DNA of 40,240 bases from Promethearchaeota archaeon (GCA_016840165.1 JAEOSU010000063.1:1-40240), one strand, 5' to 3'; shown: positions 1 through 9,952, counted from the first letter of the stretch. The notes: generated by a model not told the origin, from the letters alone. Made by a program: numbers and translations.

Positions 1-1
1 T

Positions 2-3000
2 AAAAACTATTTAATATCGAAGGATGAAAAGGAAGTAATAAGAAAAATAAAGAATTTCATATATGCTCATAAGACTAACCACGGATTTAAGCATTGCAAT
101 GAAAAAAGATGCGCTATTTGTGAAAGAGTGCCTTCTTCTAAAATGATTTATTATATTTTAGAAATTTTTATGCTTCTGGATATTGATGTCAGATTGTTTA
201 AGGAGCAATTCCGTTCATTACAAAATGAAAAAATCCGTAATCCAGATCAAATCTACACTATATTATGTTTAAAATATTTAGATTTGGATGGTGAGGTAAG
301 AGAAAAAGATATCCAAACATTTTATCAATATCAAAGTACAGATGGAGGATTTGGTATTAATCAAGATTCAGGAGAAATTTCTTTAACTTTTTGGTTTGTC
401 TATACCTTAAAAAACTATTCATGGTTAATTGAATATAATCCTACTTCTGTCTTTTCCTTCATTTCTCATAAGCTGAATGAAATAATTTCTAATGAATCTC
501 AATGGAATACAGATCTTCTAATCCATATTTCTAAGTTAACCATCCTCTTATCGTTAATATGGAAAAAATTTATAGAACAAATTGAGAGGGTTATTTTCAA
601 GCAATTAGAGAAAGAATACTATATCGATATAGGCCAAATTAGAAGAACTTTTGGACTACAGTATGGAATTGAGGATATATTAGTATATATTAATTTGAGT
701 TATAATTTTAACTTGGAAGTAATAGACAAAAAGCAACAGTTTGATATTTATACAGAAAAATTAAGTTCAGGTAAGCAGCTCATACTTAAAGAGTTCTATT
801 TACAATTATCAAATAAAAGTATTGTTTCATTATCAGATATTCTAAAAATATACAAATCTAGTCATCATAGTGAGTCTTTGAAACTAAGAGAAGATATCTT
901 CCCAATTATTAAGGATTTAAAAGAGAAGAATTTTTTTAAAGGAACGATTAGATCTAAACGTGGTTTTGCCTTCAGAAAAAAATATTATTTTTATTTAGAC
1001 TATCTACTGGAAAGAGTTATAACTTCAGACCAAGAGTTAGATGCGGAAAAAATTTTCGAAGAGAAAGAGAAACTGGTTGATATTAGAAATGATATTTACA
1101 ATATGAGATTAAAGCTTAGTAATGCGATAATACAAATCAGAGAAGAAATAGAATCGTATTTACTGTTGGATGAAGTGGGGTATGCTCGAGAAAGGATGAA
1201 ATTTATATTAAGAAATATATTGATGGAAGCTGATTTTTTAAATGAGAATATCGAGAATTCATTTAATCAAGATTTGAAATATATAAATCTACAAGCAGCT
1301 TTAGCTTCCGAAATACAAAGTTGGAATAAATCTTATTCTATTCTCCAACAAAGATTAAGTGATGTTGAAAAATATCTAAAGGAGCGGATAGTTGAAAAAG
1401 AAGAAATTACTCTTTATCAAAAAACCTTGGAGGATTTAGATGATAAAATTAATGAGATTAAAGACAGTATTAATAAGGATTTAGATGTCTTTCGTTCAAA
1501 TTTCAGTGAATCATTTGAGAAGGGTTATAGTGATGAAAAATATTTTTTAATAATCGAAGAATTTGAGAAGATCTCTCAGAATGTTCAAAAATATGATGGG
1601 AATTTATATAAGATCTCTCAGCGAATCTTTTCAAAGGATAATAAAATTGTGAAGAAGCATAAAGCTGTCATTGATAAATGGATTAATTTTAAAGAAGAAT
1701 TTGATGATATATTAAAATATTATACTGATGGTTTTCAATTCTTCAATGAAATTAATAAAGATATAGAAAATATAGGAATAAATCTCAAAAAAGAGATTGA
1801 TAGGATTCAATTTGACGCAAAAGATAAATTGAATGAAAATAACTTTCGAGACGCATTTAAGATAATTAAAGAAGAGTCAGAAAAGCTCTTACATTACAAA
1901 TCTGAAGAAATTAAAAACCTAGTTAGAAAGGTAAAAAAAGAGATCAAATTCAAACAAAAACTATTTCTCCTCTATAAATATTTAAATGAGAAATTAGAGC
2001 GTTTAGATGAATATACGATCGAAATTATTTCCCAACAAGTTCAGACCTTAAAGAATAAAGTTGTTGAAGAGCGCAATCAAGCAAAAATAGAGGAATTTAA
2101 TAATTTCATTCTTAGAGAAACCAAGAATTTAAAAGATGATTTAAAGAATTACAAGGATCTTCTTATTAACCAAAAGATAGAATCTATTACATCAATTGTG
2201 AAGGGTTTTGATAAGAGACTCATAGAATTAGATGAGAGAAATAAACAATTTCTAGATAATTTGACTATGATTAAAGAGATCATTAGCGAGGATGACGAGC
2301 AACCAATTTATACAATGCAATGGGAAAAATTTATGGAGTATATGAAAAATGAAATCGAGAAATCAAAGGAAGAATTTGTAAATAAGGTTATTAATGAATA
2401 TATTATCTTACAGGCACAAACAAAAAATACTGATAAAGTTGATATAAAGGATTTAGCCGATAAGTTGAATTTAAAGTGTAAAGCGCTCATTCCAAGGATA
2501 AAGGATATGATAAATATTTCTAAACTCCAAGGTTCATTAGTTGAGGAAAAAAAATATCTCATTGTTTATACAGAATACTATTACAAAAAGAAAGAACTTC
2601 AGAATTATGTTGAAAGTAAGTTACTAAAGGAGATTCAAGAATCCTTAGGAAAATTCATCGCTTTATATGATTCATGCGTAAAGAATAATACATTAAGCAT
2701 AAACATTCTAGAAATTCAAAATCGACTCGAAGAATTAATGAATTTTGAAAAAAAGTATTTGAATCTATATGAAAGTAAGATCATTCAGTTAAATATTGAC
2801 CTTAATCGCGTAGAAATAAAACAAGTAAAAGAAAATCTGGATAGTTTTATTGAAAATAATAAAAAAGTTGTAGAAAGTATTAAAGAGAACTTACAGCTTT
2901 TCTTAAAGTTACAAAATTATATTGCAGATGAGTATTATAAGCTTACTGTGGAGTTGGATAACTTTTATAATAAATTTATCCAAAATTTTGAAAAAACCGA

Positions 3001-4015
3001 TTCATATGAGAAGCTCAGTGAGTTTTTTAATAATAGAAAAGAATTATTTGATGAGACTTTGGTGAAAGTAGATCAGAAAATTCAGAATGAAATAAAAGCA
3101 ATCACAGATAAAAGTTATGGTGCAAAAAAGTTTGAAACAGAAGCAAGAGAATTTATGGTTAAGAACAAAAACACATTTCTCAAGCAATATAATGAAAAAT
3201 TGGCGAAAATTGATGATAAAATCGGTTTTATTCGTAATGAAACGTACCGTAACAAATATTTAAATTATATAAATAACCATAAAATTCATCTTAGCCAATT
3301 ACTCGGAACTTTAGAAACAAAAGTGGATGATTATATTGAGACACGAGAATTTAAAAGAGCTTATATAAAAGTTAATAAACGGGAAAAATATATTAATTTA
3401 GAATTAAAAGATATTCAAAGGCTTAATCATAATACGGTTAAAAGCTTCAATAAGAAGAGTAAAAATTTTGAAACTAAAAATAAGCATCTTATTGAGGATT
3501 TCGAGCGATTTCTTAAAGAATTTAATGAAGTTATAACTGAAAAAGTAAAAGCTCTAGAGGAACTTATCATCAAATCTTACATTGATATGGCAATTAAAGC
3601 TGTAGCAAATCAATTTTTGACAATAGGTTTCTTACAAAATGAATTAAAAATTAAAAAACAACAAATTCAAAAACATTTGATATCCTTAATTAGCACAGGA
3701 AAACTTAAAGGCAAATATGATCCTAGAATTGGTCTTTATTATGAAAATCCAGAAATAATAAAAGAATTAGATGATAAAGAACTCGAAGTAATTAAAAAAA
3801 TGAATTTCAGAGTGTATATGTTTTTCCGAAGATTAAAGAATTTTTCTAGTCAATATGGATCTATTATCGCATTTTTCGCCAGTATTGCCACGATCTCATA
3901 TTATATTTTTAGGATAACGGGAGAAAATCCAGTTACATTATTAATACCAGTTATACTCACGTTAATAATCTTTCTTTATATGTTTTTCAAGAAAAAGAAG
4001 GAAGATAAAGTATAA
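2..4015 (+). CDS. Large membrane-anchored coiled-coil protein with N-terminal prenyltransferase/squalene-cyclase-like repeats and PCI-like winged-helix segments (5'-truncated by window edge)
   Basis: Frame 2 is open from base 2 (KNYLISKDEKEVIRKIKNFIYAHKTNHGFKHCNEKRCAICER-VPSS...), so the GTG at 128 is internal. QSTDGGFG...SLTFWFVYTL resembles a prenyltransferase repeat. Long E/K/I/L heptad regions follow. PCI/WH-like segments: KVDIKDLADKLNL...LIPRIKDMINISKLQGSL and FLTIGFLQNELKI...HLISLISTGKLKGKYDP. Two C-terminal TM helices end in KKKKEDKV. Confidence 0.7.
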   Translation, partial: KNYLISKDEKEVIRKIKNFIYAHKTNHGFKHCNEKRCAICERVPSSKMIYYILEIFMLLDIDVRLFKEQFRSLQNEKIRNPDQIYTILCLKYLDLDGEVREKDIQTFYQYQSTDGGFGINQDSGEISLTFWFVYTLKNYSWLIEYNPTSVFSFISHKLNEIISNESQWNTDLLIHISKLTILLSLIWKKFIEQIERVIFKQLEKEYYIDIGQIRRTFGLQYGIEDILVYINLSYNFNLEVIDKKQQFDIYTEKLSSGKQLILKEFYLQLSNKSIVSLSDILKIYKSSHHSESLKLREDIFPIIKDLKEKNFFKGTIRSKRGFAFRKKYYFYLDYLLERVITSDQELDAEKIFEEKEKLVDIRNDIYNMRLKLSNAIIQIREEIESYLLLDEVGYARERMKFILRNILMEADFLNENIENSFNQDLKYINLQAALASEIQSWNKSYSILQQRLSDVEKYLKERIVEKEEITLYQKTLEDLDDKINEIKDSINKDLDVFRSNFSESFEKGYSDEKYFLIIEEFEKISQNVQKYDGNLYKISQRIFSKDNKIVKKHKAVIDKWINFKEEFDDILKYYTDGFQFFNEINKDIENIGINLKKEIDRIQFDAKDKLNENNFRDAFKIIKEESEKLLHYKSEEIKNLVRKVKKEIKFKQKLFLLYKYLNEKLERLDEYTIEIISQQVQTLKNKVVEERNQAKIEEFNNFILRETKNLKDDLKNYKDLLINQKIESITSIVKGFDKRLIELDERNKQFLDNLTMIKEIISEDDEQPIYTMQWEKFMEYMKNEIEKSKEEFVNKVINEYIILQAQTKNTDKVDIKDLADKLNLKCKALIPRIKDMINISKLQGSLVEEKKYLIVYTEYYYKKKELQNYVESKLLKEIQESLGKFIALYDSCVKNNTLSINILEIQNRLEELMNFEKKYLNLYESKIIQLNIDLNRVEIKQVKENLDSFIENNKKVVESIKENLQLFLKLQNYIADEYYKLTVELDNFYNKFIQNFEKTDSYEKLSEFFNNRKELFDETLVKVDQKIQNEIKAITDKSYGAKKFETEAREFMVKNKNTFLKQYNEKLAKIDDKIGFIRNETYRNKYLNYINNHKIHLSQLLGTLETKVDDYIETREFKRAYIKVNKREKYINLELKDIQRLNHNTVKSFNKKSKNFETKNKHLIEDFERFLKEFNEVITEKVKALEELIIKSYIDMAIKAVANQFLTIGFLQNELKIKKQQIQKHLISLISTGKLKGKYDPRIGLYYENPEIIKELDDKELEVIKKMNFRVYMFFRRLKNFSSQYGSIIAFFASIATISYYIFRITGENPVTLLIPVILTLIIFLYMFFKKKKEDKV

Positions 4016-4034
4016 TAAAGCCAACTCTCACGAT

Positions 4035-6197
4035 TTATTCATAATCAGAAAGAAATTCTACTTCTCCTGCATTCCTTTTTAAATATCCTAAATAGCAAGC
4101 TCTGTTAAAGTGTGTATAAAATTTTTCATCCATAATATCTTCTTCCTGAGCTAATTCCTTGAGGTATGAAAGTTCAATTTTACCACTTACATTATAAATC
4201 TTAGCTAGATTAACTAAGGTTTTAAGATTTCTATTTAAATATCTTTTTTTCTTTATTGAGCTAGTATTTTGATTAACCCCTTTCAATTTAGAAAGTGATT
4301 TCCGTAATCTTTGTGTATCAAAGTCTACTAAATCGGAGTAGAATGTTATCCCATACTGCTTAAAAGCTTTATATTCTTCACTTTTTGTAAAATTATCTAA
4401 TTCCATTAAGATCTCATCTATAGAGCGATCAATTAAACAAGTCTTTTCTCTGATTTTCCTATTACTTATGTTATAATCCATTTGTTGAGAAATTTCTTTT
4501 TCTTCTAAATGCATAAAGTCAATTTTGGTTCGGTTTAAGGATTTGTATAAATTTAACTCCTTGTTTTCTAAAAGTACACATCTCATCGCCATCTCTTTTT
4601 TTTTAGCGACTTTATAGTAAGGGACATCTACTGTTCCTCGTGTGATCAGTACATAACATCTTCCTGAAGCATACCTGCCAGTTCTCCCTCTTCTCTGTAT
4701 TAAACGGATTTCAGAAGGAACAGGCTCATAAAATATAATCGCATCAACATTGGGAATATCTAAACCTTCTTCTGCCACACTAGTGGCAATTAATATATTA
4801 ATCTTATCCTCTCTAAATTGATGTAAGATCTCAATTTGTTTATCCTGTGAAAAGCCTAAATCATCCATCTTTGATGACTGCCCAATGAATTTTTCCACAG
4901 AAAGTTGATCTTGATAATAGTTTTTAATATTTTGCTTGAGAAATTCCGCCATTTCTCTATACTGGGTAAAAATTAGTAGCTTATGGTTGTTGTAACAATT
5001 AATTTCTTCATTGATAAGAGATATTAATGTACTAATTTTTGGATGATGTAATTTTTCTGGTGAATTCATGTTTAAAAAAGCTTTTATGAATTTGAAATGT
5101 TCCGAATTTATAATTCTCTTAGCAGATAATATCTCACAAGCTGCTTTCTGTTCTAATTTTTCAACGAACGTTTTGAATAAAGAATAATTCTGTGTTTCAA
5201 GTAATTCTTTTCCATGTAATAAAGAAATACAACTTGAACAGTACGAAAATATTGATTCAATATTGAGATCTTTTTCTTTAACGATATCAATTATTTTTGG
5301 GTCTTTAAAGTAGAGGGAATCTAAATATTCAGCTTCAGATAAATCATCCTCATAACCATTTTCATAGCGAATGGAGAAAGTTAAATCTCTTGATAAGCCT
5401 AAAAAATCCAATTTAGAATAATATGACTTATTTGGAGGTAATAATTCTCTCGCGACAAAGTAAGTAAGGAATTTTTCGAACAAATTATACCAGATAGCAC
5501 TTAACTCTAATACTTTTATGGGTAAATCAACAAACTCTAAGAAAACATCAATATCATAAACATATTTACTCACATCTTTATCCCCATAGGTTTTGAAGAT
5601 AACATTTTCAATGTGCAAATTATCTACTAAATCTTGGATGATTTCATAATTTTTCCCTGGTGATGCGGTTAAGCCTAATACAAGAGGATCAGAACAAGAG
5701 GTAATATATTCCTCTGAAATAAAATTGTAGGCGTAGTTTCCTCGAGTCCGATGAGCCTCATCGAAAATTACCAAACATACGGTAGCGAGATTATACCTCC
5801 CTCGTTCTAAATCGTTTTTTATCACTTGAGGTGTGGAGATTATTACTTGGGAATCTTTAAATAACAGGATTCTCTTCTCAGGAGAAATTTTTCCCGTAAA
5901 TGAAATTATCTTTTCTTTATTTAAATTAAGCATTTTTTTACACGACTGTGTATGCTGAGAAACTAGAGGTCGTGTAGGAGCGAGAATAAGAACTTTTCCA
6001 TGGGGATACTTCTCTAGTACGTTTGCCAAAAGCATGATCCCAATAACCGTTTTTCCTAAACCAGTAGGTAAGACAACTAAAGAATTTTTATGCGAGCATT
6101 TCTCGATAATATTTTTTTGATATTGTCGGCGGGAAATCATATTCCTTTTTATCAAGGGATGTTCATAAAAAAGTTTCCCAGTTTTACTTACTCGCAT
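4035..6197 (-). CDS. hef: Hef/FANCM/Mph1-type SF2 (ERCC4-related) DEAH helicase, with no ERCC4 nuclease domain
   Basis: Motifs RRQYQ (Q), LPTGLGKT (I), LAPTRPLV (Ia), DEAHR (II), TASPG (III), FTQYR (IV), ATSVAEEGLDIP (V), YEPVPSEIRLIQRRGRTGR (VI). Confidence 0.9.
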   Translation of the reverse strand: MRVSKTGKLFYEHPLIKRNMISRRQYQKNIIEKCSHKNSLVVLPTGLGKTVIGIMLLANVLEKYPHGKVLILAPTRPLVSQHTQSCKKMLNLNKEKIISFTGKISPEKRILLFKDSQVIISTPQVIKNDLERGRYNLATVCLVIFDEAHRTRGNYAYNFISEEYITSCSDPLVLGLTASPGKNYEIIQDLVDNLHIENVIFKTYGDKDVSKYVYDIDVFLEFVDLPIKVLELSAIWYNLFEKFLTYFVARELLPPNKSYYSKLDFLGLSRDLTFSIRYENGYEDDLSEAEYLDSLYFKDPKIIDIVKEKDLNIESIFSYCSSCISLLHGKELLETQNYSLFKTFVEKLEQKAACEILSAKRIINSEHFKFIKAFLNMNSPEKLHHPKISTLISLINEEINCYNNHKLLIFTQYREMAEFLKQNIKNYYQDQLSVEKFIGQSSKMDDLGFSQDKQIEILHQFREDKINILIATSVAEEGLDIPNVDAIIFYEPVPSEIRLIQRRGRTGRYASGRCYVLITRGTVDVPYYKVAKKKEMAMRCVLLENKELNLYKSLNRTKIDFMHLEEKEISQQMDYNISNRKIREKTCLIDRSIDEILMELDNFTKSEEYKAFKQYGITFYSDLVDFDTQRLRKSLSKLKGVNQNTSSIKKKRYLNRNLKTLVNLAKIYNVSGKIELSYLKELAQEEDIMDEKFYTHFNRACYLGYLKRNAGEVEFLSDYE

Positions 6198-6220
6198 ATT
6201 AAGATTTATTTCTAGTAATA

Positions 6221-6256
6221 ATTTATAAAATCAATAACCATCAAGATTTATTGATT
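6221..6256 (-). promoter_or_regulatory. TATA box of the helicase gene with an abutting 9-10-9 inverted repeat
   Basis: TTTTATAAAT on the minus strand lies about 25-30 nt upstream of the ATG at 6197. AATCAATAA (6229-6237) and TTATTGATT (6248-6256) form the inverted repeat. Confidence 0.45.
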
Positions 6257-6321
6257 ATTTAATGCCCGGTAAATACTAATAAAATTGATTATTAATCATA
6301 AAGTAAGAATAAATAAAGGCA

Positions 6322-6370
6322 GATAAAAAAAAGAAAAACCGTGAATAATTAAAATCATTTAATTATCCAC
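6322..6370 (-). terminator. Stem-loop followed by a U-tract downstream of the MBL hydrolase gene
   Basis: The minus strand reads GTGGATAATTAAA-TGAT-TTTAATTATTCAC-GGTTTTTCTTTTTTTT. The 13-bp stem is fully paired (one G.U) only on the minus strand. Confidence 0.55.
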
Positions 6371-6527
6371 AGAAAAATCAAAAAGATATGAAAAGACTAA
6401 TGCATCCATTCTAGAAATAAAAAATGCTCCATTTAAATTTTGATCTTAAAATTAGAAAGCCTTTTCACGAATTCAATTATAATTTAACGATGTTAGAAGC
6501 ATTTTAGTTTTAAGGGAAAAATTAAAT

Positions 6528-7562
6528 TTATAAATCAGAGATGAAATAAAATTGAATATGGTTTTTATCTTCCTTGCGAATGATTTTATTCTGTTCTTCA
6601 AGAGATTTTAATGTGAGACAAACCCATCCTCTGGCGAATTCGCGCATTACCTTGTTCGCGTCAGGATATAACGCCTTAATTATATCTCCAGGACGAATTC
6701 CCTGATCTCTGCTTTTATTAATTATTTGTAAGGTTTGAATAGTTCTTTCTTTTCGATGAGCTAAAATCTCTTTGATTCTTTGCTGCGGATCCGATATTAT
6801 ATCCCCGTGAGCTGGTAAGATAATATTTAAGTTTTGCAAATTTTGAATATGCTGAATTGTCTTGATATAAGCACTAATATCGCTATTTGGTGGTCCTAAC
6901 CACGTAGTGATCGATGGAAGAATGTTATCACCTGAAAGGAGCACTCCTTTTTCTTCATTATAAAGAGAGATGTGATCTGAGGAGTGGCCAGGAGAGGCAA
7001 TAACTTCCCATTTTTCCCCATTAATAATAATTTGGGTTTCATTTTCGATGAGTTCATCAACTTCGGTTATAAAAGTCATACGATAGACCATTCTATAAAT
7101 AAAATGAGACAATAATCTTTCAAATAGACTTCTTATTTTTCCACGAATGCCCTTTTTAATGATTAAATAATCCTTATAGCTATCTCCGTCAAATGCTTCA
7201 TGATATTTTTTCTTGTTTTTAATCAATTTAGCTTGATTCTTAGTTAAAACAATTCGAATTTTCAGATATTTTTGTAATCTCTTAAGCCCTGAAAAGTGAT
7301 CTGGATGACAATGGCTAATTAATATGCGAGAAATGTTAAAAGTTTCCTCTTTTTTAGAATATCCAAGTTTTAATGTTTCGATTTCATCGCGAACTTTCCG
7401 AATAGTCTTTTTATCGCCATATCCTGCATCAAACATTATCCCATCTGCTCCAGGAATAAGATAGATGTTTACTGGAGGTTTAATTGTTTTAAATCTCCCT
7501 ACTTCTTTAATTAAATAGATTCCGGGATATATTTCTTTCATTATCGGTTTATCGCATATCAA
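6528..7562 (-). CDS. MBL-fold metallo-hydrolase with C-terminal winged helix (LACTB2-like); true start probably ATG at 7541
   Basis: Motifs FDAG, SHCHPDHFSG (HxHxDH), PGHSSDH, SGDNIL, LPAHG. Confidence 0.88.
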   Translation of the reverse strand: MICDKPIMKEIYPGIYLIKEVGRFKTIKPPVNIYLIPGADGIMFDAGYGDKKTIRKVRDEIETLKLGYSKKEETFNISRILISHCHPDHFSGLKRLQKYLKIRIVLTKNQAKLIKNKKKYHEAFDGDSYKDYLIIKKGIRGKIRSLFERLLSHFIYRMVYRMTFITEVDELIENETQIIINGEKWEVIASPGHSSDHISLYNEEKGVLLSGDNILPSITTWLGPPNSDISAYIKTIQHIQNLQNLNIILPAHGDIISDPQQRIKEILAHRKERTIQTLQIINKSRDQGIRPGDIIKALYPDANKVMREFARGWVCLTLKSLEEQNKIIRKEDKNHIQFYFISDL

Positions 7563-7657
7563 AATATATAATATAAAAAAAAAATTGGGATTCTACTGAA
7601 AATGAGTGCAAAAAATAAATAAAAATAGAAAAAGTATTTCTTTAATATAGGAATAGA

Positions 7658-9250
7658 TTATGTTTCAATTTGTCCAGCTTTCACTTTTTTCCGCTTATAT
7701 ATGTCTATTTCTACGGGAGTTATTTCCTTGGAATAAATGTGAGGCAAATTTTCATATTTTGAATTAATATCGATCATTAGAGTTTTTGTATCTTTTAATT
7801 CCTCGGAGATGATTTTTGGGGTTATTCCTTGAGTATAAAGCATACCTAAACCCCCTAAAACACCTTGTTTAATTAATTTATTCATAGAAGGAATCATCCA
7901 ATTAAATTTTCCAAAAGGATTTAGATATTCTTTAGCACGTCTCGAAAACCAGCCACTGCTTAGATAGAATTCTGCATATGCCTCCGCTACGAGTTTCTGC
8001 ATTTCTCTTGAAGTTAATTGCTCAGTTCTCATCATCGGGTGAAAGAGGTCATAAAATTTGTAATTTTTTGTCGTAATCATCTTTTTTTCAACCATTTCTT
8101 TGTAAAATTCTGTTCCTGGGAAAGCGGTTATTGGTGTAAATTGAACACAATCTAAATTTAAATCGACTGCATAGCGTATGTTTTGCCTTACCATTCTTTT
8201 GGTTTCTCCAGGGAAACCGATAATTACGCCTCCAAAAATAGAGATTCCGACGTCTCTGAGCATTTTTACTACTTTCTTGACCATCTCAGAGGTAGTATTT
8301 TGCTTATTCATTGCATCCAGACTTTGTTGATGAATGGATTCAATACCAAGAAAAATTTGTCTGAAACCTGCTTTATGAAATTTAGTGATTAGATCAGGAT
8401 TTCTATATAATGTATCAACTCGGGATTGACAAGAAAAGTGGAGTTTATTTTGTACTCCAGAACGAATTATAGTATCAAGAATTTGATTTGTCCTCTTTAA
8501 GTTTATGCTGAAATTGTCATCACAGAAAAATATGAAACGATTCTTCCAATCAACATCATAAATTTCTTGCATAATTCGCTTTATTGACTTAGTTCGATAG
8601 ACTGTATGTTGATGAGAATTTCGCCACATTTTTATTATACAACAAAATTTACAGTTATGAGGGCATCCACGTGAGGTCTCTATCTGCCTTGTGGTTGCAC
8701 CTAAATAGGAATAGGACTTGCCTTTTAATAAATCTCGTCGTGGTCTAGGTAAATTATCCAAATTGCATTCTAATTGCCTTTCTTTATTATGTACGATTTT
8801 ACCCGTTTCATTTTTATATGATAACCCATCTATCTTTTTTAATGCGGAGCTATCTCGTTCTTCATCTAAATGATCGATTAATTCCTTAAATGTATGCTCT
8901 CCTTCTCCCCTAATTGCATAATCTACGGATTCATGATTAGCTACAAATTCGGGTGCTAATGTGGGATGATACCCTCCAATTATCGTAGTGCATCCATGTT
9001 CTTTTGCCATTTTTGCCACATCAAATGCGTGATATATTTGAGGAGTCATGCTGGTAATCGCAACTATATCCGTTCGGTTTAATTCATTTCGAAATCGTTT
9101 TTCCCGATATTTATCAACTTTAAAATCAAATAAGGAAGCATCATGTTCAGGTACCATCGCAGCGATAGAAATAAGGCTTAATGGAGCCCCCTTTATGATT
9201 GCATCTAATCCTGCTTCTAATCTTGCGGGATTGATATATAAAATCTTCAT
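7658..9250 (-). CDS. Cobalamin-binding (class B) radical SAM protein
   Basis: N-terminal B12-binding-like domain (PLSLISIAA, IIGGYHPT, RGEGE), then ETSRGCPHNCKFC (CxxxCxxC), DDNF, GIES, IIGFPGET, TAFPGT. Confidence 0.92.
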   Translation of the reverse strand: MKILYINPARLEAGLDAIIKGAPLSLISIAAMVPEHDASLFDFKVDKYREKRFRNELNRTDIVAITSMTPQIYHAFDVAKMAKEHGCTTIIGGYHPTLAPEFVANHESVDYAIRGEGEHTFKELIDHLDEERDSSALKKIDGLSYKNETGKIVHNKERQLECNLDNLPRPRRDLLKGKSYSYLGATTRQIETSRGCPHNCKFCCIIKMWRNSHQHTVYRTKSIKRIMQEIYDVDWKNRFIFFCDDNFSINLKRTNQILDTIIRSGVQNKLHFSCQSRVDTLYRNPDLITKFHKAGFRQIFLGIESIHQQSLDAMNKQNTTSEMVKKVVKMLRDVGISIFGGVIIGFPGETKRMVRQNIRYAVDLNLDCVQFTPITAFPGTEFYKEMVEKKMITTKNYKFYDLFHPMMRTEQLTSREMQKLVAEAYAEFYLSSGWFSRRAKEYLNPFGKFNWMIPSMNKLIKQGVLGGLGMLYTQGITPKIISEELKDTKTLMIDINSKYENLPHIYSKEITPVEIDIYKRKKVKAGQIET

Positions 9251-9527
9251 AGTAATCTTTTTTCTTTTTTTTTGTAGACCTAAATTGAATTACCATAGGG
9301 TAATTATTTTTTATAAGAATTAGTTATAAATCATAATTGACCGTGTTAATTGCAATATAAGCATATTCCTATTTAAATTTGTTGGATCTACATAGACATT
9401 GTTAGGTCAACATATAATAGTTTATTTTAGAGATATCAGATTTCTAAAAGAATTTAATTTCATTGGAACAAAATATTTTGTAATAAAAAATTAAAACTAT
9501 ATATCAATATTTTGCGAGGATTTAATT

Positions 9528-9794
9528 ATGACTTTTAAAATAAAAATTAGCAAATTTGGAATTTTATTAATCGTATTAATAGTGGTTGTTTATACTATTT
9601 GGTTTGTATTTTTTCAGGATGTAATTCAATTTATACTAGAAAATGCGATTTCCACTGAAACAGGAGAAAGAGACATAATAACCGGATGGATAGGGGTCTT
9701 TTTTCTTCCATTACTAATTGTCGTCGGCATCTTGGGAATAACCGGATTTATTTTATATTTAATTAATAAAATGAAGGGAAAAGAGATTTCATAA
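9528..9794 (+). CDS. Small 2-TM membrane protein
   Basis: 88-aa ATG ORF with two hydrophobic helices, a basic C-terminus and an upstream GAGGA SD-like sequence. Confidence 0.7.
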   Translation: MTFKIKISKFGILLIVLIVVVYTIWFVFFQDVIQFILENAISTETGERDIITGWIGVFFLPLLIVVGILGITGFILYLINKMKGKEIS

Positions 9795-9952
9795 CGCTTA
9801 AGTGGATTAAATTTCATGAAATTGGTTTAATTTGGATTGCTTTTATCATAAAAATTTTTGGTATTAAATTGTTTTTTTCGATAATTAATTTCTAATCAAA
9901 ACTTATTATTTACTATCAACACACTAAAATCAAGCATTTTTTTAATTAAATT

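Noticed and set aside
128-130. GTG start of the first ORF as given in the track
   Set aside because: The frame is open and protein-like back to base 2, so the real start lies outside the window.
9380-9412. Imperfect hairpin TGTTGGATCTA...TAGGTCAACA in a divergent promoter region (cobalamin riboswitch?)
   Set aside because: It is too short, has no B12-box consensus, and may be a chance pairing.
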